From Sphaerodactylus townsendi (Eukaryota), in NCBI RefSeq assembly GCF_021028975.2, contig NC_059436.1:31372001-31436000 (forward strand): 64,000 nt of DNA, read 5' to 3'. Positions within the stretch are counted from its first letter, which is position 1. Each line of letters opens with the position of its first letter. The position numbers were made by a program, and so were the translations under genes. The notes under the pieces are model-generated. The model saw nothing but the letters and a program-made list of their open reading frames with translations, was not told the origin of the DNA and searched no databases. Positions 37,310 to 47,978 of the stretch are shown here, piece after piece.

Positions 37310-38035
37310 AGGCCTTCTGTTCAATCTGGATTCAGAAAAGGAAAGGGCACAAATTAACATTGGATACTGGACCATATGAGAGAATTTCAGAAGAACATTC
37401 AGCTTGTGTTCATAGATTACAGCAAAGCTTTTGACTGTGTATTATGAAAATCTACAGTTGGTTTTAAAGGAAATGGGTGCACCAAAGCCATCTGATTGTT
37501 TTGATGCGCAACCTGTACTCAGGACAAGAGGCTACTGTTAGGACAGAACATGGAGAAACAGAATGGTTTCCAATTGTCATAGGTGTCAGACAAAGATGTA
37601 TTTTATCTCCTTGTCTCTTCACATGCAGAACATATCATAAGGAAAGGTGTATTAGATTTAGATGATGATGGAGGAACATTAACAATTGGAGATATGTCAG
37701 TGATACCACATTACTGGCAGAAAATGGCAAAGACTTGAAATGACTACTGATAATAGTTAAAGCAGAAAATGCCAAAGCAGGTCTACAGCTGAACATCAAG
37801 CAGACTACTGGAGAATTACTCAACTTTAAGGGTCACAGTGAGGAAATTGAAATTGTTCTGGACTTTCTTTTCCTTGGCTTCATTATCAATCAAAGGGGAG
37901 ATCACAACCAAGAAACCAGAAGGAGATTGAAACTGGGAAGGGCAGCCATGAAGGAGCTAGAATTGACTCCTAGGTGTAAGGATGTGTCACTGGAGACAAA
38001 GATCAAGTTAGTTCACACCACAGTATTCCCTATTA
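37310..38035 (+). mobile_element. RTE-clade (Bov-B-like) LINE RT fragment
   Basis: FIDYSKAFDCV and HLIVLMRNLYSGQEATVRTEHGETEWFPIVIGVRQRCILSP; frameshifted. Confidence 0.88.
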
Positions 38036-40402
38036 CCAGGGGTGTAACTGACTAAAATGGCACCCGGGGGAAGCACAACTGCCCACCCCACCCGCCATTT
38101 GGCCAGGTCATGCATGGGAGGACATGTTGTCGAGTCACCCTTCCCCCCAAACTGCATCCCCACCCAAACTCCTCATAGAGTTGGGAGCAGGGACACAGTT
38201 GAATGCTGAGCTGGCCGGTGTAGACTAGCCATGCCCCAAACTCCACGTGGAGTTTAGGGTTGGGGGGCATTCAGTGCTGGGTTTAGCTAGGCTCAGCCCA
38301 AGTCACACAGAGCCTAGGTTTAAACTGAGCAGATGGGCTGACTGGCTCCAACTTTCTACTTTGGCTCGGCCTCCAAGTTCCAGCTCCGGTCAGAAATCCA
38401 CTAAGCAGATCTTTTCTCCAGCTGACTCTGATATCTGTCACCTGGAGATCAGCAGTAGTAGAGGAGCTCTCCAGCCACCACCTGGTGGTTAACAATCCTA
38501 CCAATTACATATTGCTCCATGCAGGCTTAGCATCATTTTTTCATGTAGGAGGACCTCTGCCTCCCAGCCCCCCCCCCCCAACATAAAACAGCCTGAGGTC
38601 CTGAACAGCTTACAAGATGCTATGAAAAAAAATCCTTGGTTTTTGGAAACTTGTACAGATAAAAAACTTAATTTCCAGGAACCACTTGTAAAGGAATTGT
38701 GCATTTAGGGTGAAACCAGCGAAAATGCGCATCAGCACAGCACGAGGTCAGCCAAGTTAATTAGTTCCTTTGTTAGTCCTTCCAACTGCCACAAAAGATA
38801 AGATTAAAAAATACAGGATATTTACAACAGAGCTGAAAATGATCCTAAGTCACTTGCATTCCCGGCTTTAAAAGGGATTTGTGCCTTGAGGTAAACATCA
38901 GTCAGCTGATGACCCCTTCTTTCCTACTTCAGCTGCTCATTTAGGAAATTAATTGCCAGCCTGTCGTTTTGTTTCCGAGAAGGGTGGTGAGTGAGATATC
39001 TCTTACCACGACACTTGGATTGCTATGAGGAGTATCAGTTTGGGTTAACTATGGCCCAGTTCACAGACAAAAGAGGAAAGGATAGGGATTCAAAAATGAC
39101 CTGATATGAAAGAAGTGTGACAAAATTCAGCATGGTAGCCAGAGGCGTGGGGGGGATGGAGCCCAGGGCAGTACCTGCTACGGGTGTGTGTCCCCCACGC
39201 CCCACTTACCTTAGCCAGCAGGAGCCTACTGTGGGTTGCCCCTTGGTCTGGCCCCACCAGGTTGTTCTTGAAGGAGCAGCCTGGCAGGGCTGAGGGGAGG
39301 GGCGTGGGGGCAATTTTCTACTCCACACATGACCAGCTGGCATGCACCCGGAGACATGTGACCCCACATGTCCTTGTGAGTGCTCCATCTCTAATGGTAG
39401 CAATTCCCCCCAGAAATTGTCTCTGTGACATCAGAACTGCAAACAGGAATCTCACCAGTAGTGTTTCCATAGTGTAAAGCTAAGGCTGCCTTTCCAATGC
39501 TGCCTCACCTGTCATTCACCTTCCCTTCCTCCCTTCCCACTCCTCTTCTTCCACCTTCCCACTCCCCTTGCCAGTGTCCATCCTTTGCAGTCAGCCCTAT
39601 TCCTGGTCAGGCCCTGTTGCCACAACACTCCTCTTCCCAGGTAGGAAGACCATAAGGGTATTTGGATTTTAGTAAGTCAGACAAGAGAGCTGAGAGATCC
39701 CAGTAAAGTTTTTTCTTGAGCTGGAAAAAATTAGGGATTCACACACCTTGGATAAGAACCAAGGGGCCTCTCTCCCTGCCTTGTTCTAATTTCAGGAGAG
39801 TGACCTATATACAGTGGTGGAGACAGGGGTAGATGTTGAACCCATTCACTTGCAGAGGGAGTAACTGCTGCTCTTCCAATGCAAGAAGGGGAAAGGAGCC
39901 ATTGGGATATGGCCAAAGAAAGGAATAGGAGGTGCAAGGCCTCTGAACCAACATTGTCCCTGATGGAGTGGCCACTTGGAGACATTTTGGGCAATTTTCT
40001 CTCTGCCCCCTTCCTTGTTTCTTAAACATGGACAGATTCTTTCCTTTCAAGAGGTGCAAATGCTTGTCAGAGAGAGCATCACTGTATCCTTCAGCTGAGA
40101 CTTCAGAGCAACCCAAGCTTTGAAAAAAAATCCTCTGAAGGCAGAGAAGGAAAGGACAGTTGTGATTCACATTCAAAGTATCTCTTTTATGTTTTGCTAT
40201 CGGGAAGCCTCTGAGTAAAGTGACAATGAGAGTGACACCATTTTGTGGGGAACCATCAAAAAGGCATCTCTTGCCCTCCTTTTTTTTCCCAAACTCAGAT
40301 TAATTTTGGTCTCAAGAAGAACCCCATTAAAATCCTAAAAGACCGATGTCCTTCAAAACTTCTACCAGCTATTCACCAAAAAATGTGATGTTAGTGTGTC
40401 TA

Positions 40403-41036
40403 TGGCCATTTCTGAAAGGTCAAAATATCCTGGGTTGAGCAAGAGAAATGCACCGTTCTGTACAACAATTCCACACGGTTCCTGGTCCTAAAGCGGATTT
40501 GCCCCATGATATTTCTTTATCCCAGGGTATTCAAAACCACCAAATTTAAAAAACTCCAGGGTGAGCCTGCTAGAGCCTGCTACAGTGCAAATACCAATCG
40601 GGAGCAGGACCAGTTGATTTTTCCTACCCAGCCACCTGATCTCCTGGCCTGCAGTTCATTCAAGCTCCCAATCAAAAACAACAGCCAATCAGAATGTGGG
40701 ACACCGCACATGCTCAAATAAGCTTGCAGCTCCCAATCAAAAACAACAGCCAATCAGAATGTGGGACACCGCACATGCTCAAATAAGCTTGCAGCTGCCA
40801 CTCAAAAACAACAGCCAATCAGAATGTGGGACACCAGGCATGCTCAAATAAGCTTGCAATGTAAATACAGAAGTCCCAGGCTTGTGCGAAACAAACTGGA
40901 GTATTTCCTCCCGGTCTTCACTGGATTCCTTCACAAAATGGGCAGCCATGCGAATGAACACCCCGGGATAAAAAAGACCCAGGTTTTTTTAAAAATGGTG
41001 GTACACAGGTATGATTTTTCAGTGCGGAAACGACCT
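40403..41036. mobile_element. Probable Harbinger-type non-autonomous element containing a tandem repeat
   Basis: Degenerate TIRs ggccatttctgaaagg and cagtgcggaaacgacc resemble the ggccgtttccgcac family. Confidence 0.5.
40663..40857. repeat. 3 x 65-bp tandem repeat with CCAAT boxes
   Basis: Unit agctcccaatcaaaaacaacagccaatcagaatgtgggacaccgcacatgctcaaataagcttgc; units 1 and 2 identical. Confidence 0.95.
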
Positions 41037-41986
41037 GCATTGAAACTTCCCCTCCATTTCATGAAATTTTATTTGGGGAAAATTCAGTAGCAAATAATGC
41101 CCAGGTGTGAGAGGTAGGTGATTCCTCTTGAAAATTCTGAGATAGTGTTCTTCCTCTTCCGTTTCCAATTTGCAGAATGAAATATTTTCCCCTGCTATCT
41201 GGTTGGATTCACACAGGTCATTCTGTTTTTCAGCAAAATCTGTCAAGTGGCGCCTACATTCTGACTGGGGCTCCTCGTGGGGCTAGCCTTGCCCTTGAAA
41301 GCAGCCATGACCCTCTCAGCCATTCCTTCAGCCCCCAGTTTCCACTGTCCTTGTGCAGCTGGCTGCACAAGGGCACTGGACCATTTTCATTCTCATCACA
41401 GACCTGCAATTACAAGGCACCTGCACTGGCGGGGGAGGGACAGAGGCAGTCTGCTTGTTTAATGTGCACTACACACACAGTGGAACAGTCAGAAAAGGTT
41501 TGCAGGGAAAAGCAAAAGGAAAGGCTCCCTTTTTTAGAGAAAAAAAGGACAAAGGCATTTATTGCACCAAGACTGGAAGTTCTTCATCAATGCAGTGACA
41601 CTTGCAGTGGTAGGCAAATGGTGTTAGCCCAGTTCACATGTTACAGTGAACATCTGCTTGTAAGAAACTGCCACTGTGTGCTCACATCGGAAATTAAACC
41701 AGGGACAAGTACCTGGATAAATGTGCAGATTCAATCACATGTTCACCCATACATGCAATGAATGTAACATATGAATTACGTGACCCATGTCTAGGAAAAA
41801 TCATACTGTAAAGAACTGTACATGCATTCATTGTAAGTTATGAAAAGGCTATCATAGAGTAAGAAGACTGAAAAAGGATCAAGTCATACCCTGCCCAAAG
41901 GAGGGACAAATTTGGTATTCCGGGGCGGGGGGGAGAACACTTTGCTGGTGCAAGAGTGAGGCACAGCTGGAGCAATGAATATAGAG

Positions 41987-42109
41987 CATAGGTGTCAAAC
42001 TCTTGGCCCTCCAGATGTTATTGACTACAGTTCCCATCATCCCTGCTGGCAAGGGATGATGGGAACTGTAGTGCATAACATCTGGAGGGCCGAGAGTTTG
42101 ACTCCTGTG
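41987..42109. mobile_element. Palindromic hAT MITE
   Basis: TIRs cataggtgtcaaactc and gagtttgactcctgtg; perfect 8-bp TSD atatagag. Confidence 0.9.
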
Positions 42110-43224
42110 ATATAGAGCTAGGGTAAGGAGAGAGAACACTCATTGAAGAGAACCTTCCTCTCAACCCAGGAAGTGAGGATACAGCTCTAGAACTGAATTA
42201 CAGGTTTCTTGATAAGCTTCTTGATAAGTTTTCTGCCCCCAGTTAGAATCACACTCAATGTTAAGAGGTAGATTTTGTTGCCCTTTCCACTTCATATTAC
42301 CTTAGTGATTGCCAGTGCTACCTGAGTATTTGTTGAGGAGAGTAAGGTAGGATCTTGTGGAAGCATGTGGCACCAGTAATCTAGACACCGAGAACTGGGC
42401 GGGGGGAGTTCCTGCAAGGCTGATTCCTATGTCATGGGAACCTCTCTCTGAAATGGACTAGGCCTCTCCCCTTCCTCAAGAAGGAGCACCAGAAATGGGA
42501 ACAGCTTAACAGTTTAAACGAACATCCACGTATGATGCTGATGATGGCAGGGGATGCTGGCAGGGGATGCATGATGCTGGCAGGGGATGATGGGAACTTT
42601 AGTCCATAACACCTGGAGGGCCGCAAGTTTGTCACCTGTGGGTTAAGGCATCCAGTTTGCTGTAACTGAGTTGGATGGGTTTGAGTGGGACAGCCATTTG
42701 TTGAGAGCAAAGGTTCAAACAAAGCAGAGATAAAACCATGATTACTGGGGGTTAGCCTAGCAGAGCTCCCTCATAACACCTTTGTAATAAATGCCCCCAT
42801 TTCCACAGCAGGCAGTGAATCAGACGGCCAAGCGGGCAAAAAAAATGGTGTTAATGGATAGAACGATTCTGCATCGCACAAGACTTGCTCTTTAGGAGGA
42901 GGCCTGATTCTGCCACCAAAGGCAGCAGAGGTGCCCACAAAAGCAGCGCTGGGCCCGTGATGCACTGGAACTCTACCATGAAATTGAGCTGCTGATTGTC
43001 TCATGCAGCGGTAACGAGAAACATAAGATGTAATTTCTCAGGCATGCCGGATCTAATTAGAGGCTGCCCAAGGGTGACATTGCTGCCTTCGCATCTGCTT
43101 GCCAGGCTGAGGAAAGGATTCTGCTCCCACAGCAAACAAGAACACTCAAACGGCCAACAAGGCCATAGAGGGCAAGTGGAGCATCTTTCAGTGCCCGTCT
43201 CCTGAGGGAATTTGAGCAAAGGAT

Positions 43225-43345
43225 CGGCTGCTAGGGAGGTGGCGAGCTCCCCCGCCCTGGAAGCTGTACAAACATTTGTCAGGGACGCTGTAAGCTGATC
43301 CCGTGTGGAGCAGAGGGTTGGACTTCCAACTCTATCATTCTATGA
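43225..43345 (+). mobile_element. CR1 3' end fragment
   Basis: Ends agagggttggacttccaactctatcattctatga, a CR1 octamer-type tail. Confidence 0.65.
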
Positions 43346-43899
43346 AGTCACACCTTGGCTTTAGCTCTTGAGAACTAACACGCTACAGGTACTAAGCATT
43401 TGTGTCATCCACTTTTTGGGAGGGGGGAATCCTTCTGCTCCTTCTGTGTTCTGAAGCTTCACACTTTGGATGGAAAGATCCAGATACCCCTGGCGGGACT
43501 CTGGAGCCCACGCTTTCTCTTGCTTTTCCTGTCGGAAGGGCAAAAAACTCTGCTCTAAGGGCAGTCACCAGGCTGATGATTAAAAATGCTGGCTTGGGAG
43601 AGCGGTTTTGAAAGACTTCCGATATCATTATTTCTTTCAAAGGGCATGATTCCAGGAGGGGCACAGAAGCAGAAGAGACTTTATTCTTTGAAGTCTGTTG
43701 AAAAGACATTACATACATCTTGTCAGGCCCAGCTCAGAGCTGACACGTCACCCTTGGCAATAAAAGAAATAGCCTTGCTGGCACCTGCAAGGCTGGAGGA
43801 TGTCTGAGATGGCTGCTTGGATTTGTTAAAACGATCGGTTTGTGCCTTGGGCAGCGGAACAGCTTAGGATCTACCTGGGCACCATCACAGTGGTCTTAC

Positions 43900-44072
43900 C
43901 TGAATGGAGGTGCAGGTGGTGATCATACTCGTGTCATAGATGGTGTTGCTGTCATTGATGTCATCTGGCAAAGGGTTCTCCATCTTGGGAGTGGGGTTGA
44001 TGGGGGGCAATGGGGGGATCTTGGGGGGAGGGCTGATGTCTGTGCCATTGCCAAAAGCCTGAATTGCATTTC
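43900..44072 (-). CDS. GFRA2: GFRA2 coding exon (equivalent to human exon 7), end of D3 and Pro-rich stalk
   Basis: 173 bp; acceptor tcttgcccag|GA, donor CAG|gtaaga. Encodes (R)NAIQAFGNGTDISPPPKIPPLPPINPTPKMENPLPDDINDSNTIYDTSMITTCTSIQ. NAIQAFGNG is the family hallmark and includes the NGT sequon. Confidence 0.97.
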
Positions 44073-45332
44073 CTGGGCAAGAGAAAGAGGACAGAACAGG
44101 CAACATTACAGGGGGGAAATTCGAGTGACTAGAAATGTATGGTACAGAATTCACCCATTAGGGTAGTCATTGGTAGCACCAGACTGCTACAATTCATCAG
44201 CTTCTATTCAGCAAGGATCCGAAGGCCTCTCATAGGCTGCCTCGATTCACATACATACATAATACCCACAATATAGAAGCACGGATGTGCAAATATTTGC
44301 CATTTTAGCTCAGGTACTGTTCTCCAGTTGCAAACAGGGAGCCAATTTTTGACAGACTATTCATTGATTGGTTCATGGCTGTTGGCCAGCTTGCTTCAAT
44401 GTATTGTTTCCTAACAATGCAACTGGCTTTTTGTTGGCCTGATAAAGATCCACTTCCCTCCCTGCCGTCTTGCTATGTTGTTGCTCTACTCAGTGGACAG
44501 TTGCTTAAATAGGCAGTTAAATCAGCCACAAATCATATAAACGAGACACACACACAAATTCTGCATTAAACAAGAATTCTGTCATTTGGTACTCGTTGCA
44601 GTAGTCCTCAGCAGTACAAATGGCTACCTATCTGTCTGGATCAGCAGAATTTTTGTGCAACAGAATTGTTATGCAAAACTGTTTGGCAGCCATTTGAGTA
44701 ATTCAGAACTGAACAGACCTTATGATCAGCTCAAATCTGATCATCACACTACATATACACGTACACAAACTCACACATTGTCTGTGTGTGTGTGTGCAAA
44801 CACCATCAATTATCAAGTGACTTAAGGCAACCCCATTAAAGGAATGTCAAGGCAAGTGAGAAGCAGAGATAATTTGCCGTTGCTTTGCTCTATTGAGTCT
44901 TCCTTGGTGACCTCCCATACCAGCACTGACTCTACTTAACTTCCAAGATCTGACTAGATCATGTTATACCATACCATCTTTCCTCGCAGCAGTTACAGCC
45001 CAGCATAATAAATTCAGCTGTTGAACACATTCATGATGAAATTCAAAGCATCCCTATGAAGGAGGTGTGGTGGGCTTTACACAGAATGTAGATCCCTGGG
45101 CAGACCAAACAGCCTCTCACCTGTTGCAGCCACCAGTTGGCTTTTCATCTTAATGCAGTAATTAGACCCACCATCTAGATACACCCACACACAGATTTTT
45201 GGCCTACTACCATTTGAATCTCAAGCCTGTGGAACTCAAATGATGCAAGGAAATGACGTCGTTGCCTATCATTCCCTTACCACCACCTTGCCACATACTC
45301 ATGGCTACATACATAAACAAAGAGTGATGCTG

Positions 45333-45755
45333 TATTGTCGAAGGCTTTCATGGCCGGATTCAGCTGGCTGTGGTGGGTTTTCCCGGCTGTGTGGCCGTGG
45401 TCTGGTGGATCTTGTTCCTAATGTTTCACCTGCATCTGTGGCTGGCAGCTTCAGAGGTGTAAGGCATCTCCAGAGGCTTGTTAATGAACATCTGGAGCAG
45501 TGGTTGTCTACCAGAAGTTTTGTTTATAGGGCTTAGACTTTGCATAGCAAGTTCCACCCAAACACTTACTGATTGGTTCTCCACCCAGGGACATGACAAT
45601 ACATACCCCACTAAAACATTCCCTTCTCACTGGACACAATGTGTAACAGACTTCCCTCTGTGATACACCTCTGAAGATGCCAGCCACAGATGCAGGTGAA
45701 ACATGAACAAGATCCACAAGACCATGGCCACTCAGCCCGGAAAACCCACCACAAA
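45333..45755. mobile_element. Penelope-like element remnant with inverted pseudo-LTR pair
   Basis: 45333-45460 is the reverse complement of the pLTR seen at 45661-45755 (cctctgaagatgccagccacagatgcaggtgaaac...cccggaaaacccac). Confidence 0.8.
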
Positions 45756-47837
45756 GAGTGACACTGTTGATGAAAACAACACATTGATCAATTAAAGCAA
45801 AAATCCAGTTGATTTCTAAAATGAGTAAAAGAAAAGACCAGTGTGCAGACATTCCTTCTGGGCCAGGTGGGGAAACTTGGTTTGCAATAAATTTAGAGGA
45901 GTGGTGTGAGCGCCAGTGGGAAGATCATTTTAAGTCTCATTGATTTGAAAAGAAAAGACTGACATCTCTTCTAGTCCTGCAATAAGGAAGTCAAAACAAT
46001 ACAGGCTGATGGCAGCCTGTTCACAACTTGGGGAAGTAGATTTTTTATTGTAAGAAATTCACATATAAGAAGGCTATTCGGTCGATTAAAAAAAGGTTGA
46101 ACCAGCCATTTAAAATGTATAAAATTAAATGTATTAGTAGCATTAAAGAATCAGCTGAATTCAGAGATTTGGAAAAAGAATTCAGGGAGGAATGCAGCAG
46201 GCTTCCTTGAATGTTTAAAAAGGTACTTACAATTTATAAGTTTGTTCAACCCTGACATTAATTAATATTCCTTTGGAGTTGCCATTTTGAGCCTGAGGGT
46301 TTCGCATTCAACCTTCTATATGTTGCTGTTAGTCATGTTATCATGATTAAACCCAGACAATACTGGGGTTCTTTTGTACTTTTTACAAGAAAACTTCAAG
46401 GCATCTCCAGAGGCTTGTTAATGAACATCTGGAGCAGTGGCAGTCTACCAGAAGTTTGGTTTATAGGGCTTAGACCCTTGGGATTATCGGTATGAACTGA
46501 GAGTCATGGGACAGAAGTCTAAAAAAAACCTCTATGTAAATCCTGTCCTTCACAGCAGGCAGTTAGAGAGGGGATTGGGGGCCAGAAGATTGGTTAAGCA
46601 ACTACGAGAAGTAAGGTACAAGAAGTGATCATTAGAGGCTGCCCTGAAAAGCAAGTGGGTCTCCCCATGTTCTGCAAGTGATCAGAAAACAGTGAGACTG
46701 GAAGGCTGGGGAGGTGACAGGATCAACTTTTAAGTCAATAAGACCATTCCAATAAATTGCCATAAGAAATGGAAGCTGTAGGTACCGAGTCCCTTCCTCC
46801 CATCCCAGCCAAAACCACCACAGCTTTCAGCAGTCCTTACTTTTGAAGTATGATTTAAGCACCATTCCCTTTTACCTACTGGCCAGAGTACAGTAAGGAA
46901 GAGTAAGGAAGACTGGAGAGTAAGGAAGACTGGAGGAAGTAAGGAAGACTGGAGATCCAAGTCCACTGAACCAACCAGACACGGGTGCAAAGACTATCTT
47001 ACATATAGATAGGAATTGCCGTGTTTCGTATATAAATATAGCCTTTGGTTAGGGAGTGCCTGTCCTCATAATAAGACTGTTGGAAAGATAACCCAACAGC
47101 AGGCATAGCTTAATGGCAGAGGGCAAGCTTTGCAGGCTGACAGTCCCAAATCCAACTTCTGGAATCTCCAGTCACTCAACAGGATCTCTCAGTTGTCTGA
47201 GAGACAACATGTTCTGAATTAGTGACCACAGATAGCCACTGCAGGTCAGAGGAGATAATATTGGAGTAGGGTCTATCTCAGTATAAAACAGCCTGAAATG
47301 TTCAGACTCCTTTGGTCCTATTCAACTCAGCCTCAACTCTAAGCAATTAGCATTTGCACATAAATATATATAACACAAGACGTATTATTGTATATATTCG
47401 TGTGTGTGTGTCTGTGTGTATTTGTGTGTGTGTATGCATTAAGTACTGAAAAGTCAGAAGTGGTTGGCATTGCTGTTATAAATTAAAACAATTTACCTCT
47501 GACACAAACTGCATGTGACCATGTCTAACTTCTGGCCTTTTAGAATCTAATGTGAGAAACTGAAATGGCACCCCCTGTCCATGCTTTTCAAGCTCTCACC
47601 TTCCAAAGGGAACAGTCCAGGAGCTCCTGATTCCTGCATATATTACAAAATCAGGATAACACAAGAAACATTTGCAATCATACAGCCTTTCTTTGCTCTC
47701 TTTTATGTACAGGCAGGCACAACTGTCACACAGGCAGGCAATATGGGGACGGGATGGCATGAGAGCAGCTACAAGCTCCCTGCAGTTCATCCCGCCTGAT
47801 CTGTTCAGGTTGACCCAAGGACGAAAGGATGCCTTAC

Positions 47838-47978
47838 GGAGACAGGGGTTTTCTGTGAAGTCTCTCAGGAACCTCTCACAGTCTTCCTCCATGTTGCCAC
47901 TGCCCCGGCAAGAGCAGGACGGGGACACGGTGAGGCTGGTGATGCTGGCGTCTACGTAGTTGGGTGTAATGTCAAACC
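47838..47978 (-). CDS. GFRA2: GFRA2 coding exon (equivalent to human exon 6)
   Basis: 141 bp; acceptor tttttggacag|GG, donor CTCC|gtaagg. Encodes (G)FDITPNYVDASITSLTVSPSCSCRGSGNMEEDCERFLRDFTENPCL(R). Phase 1-1 joins the flanking exons in frame. Confidence 0.97.

Noticed and set aside
40663-40857. CRISPR-like array
   Set aside because: Head-to-tail tandem units with no unique spacers, in vertebrate DNA.
41177-41761. 194-aa plus-strand ORF antisense within a GFRA2 intron
   Set aside because: No homology or motif recognised; composition is typical of non-coding DNA.
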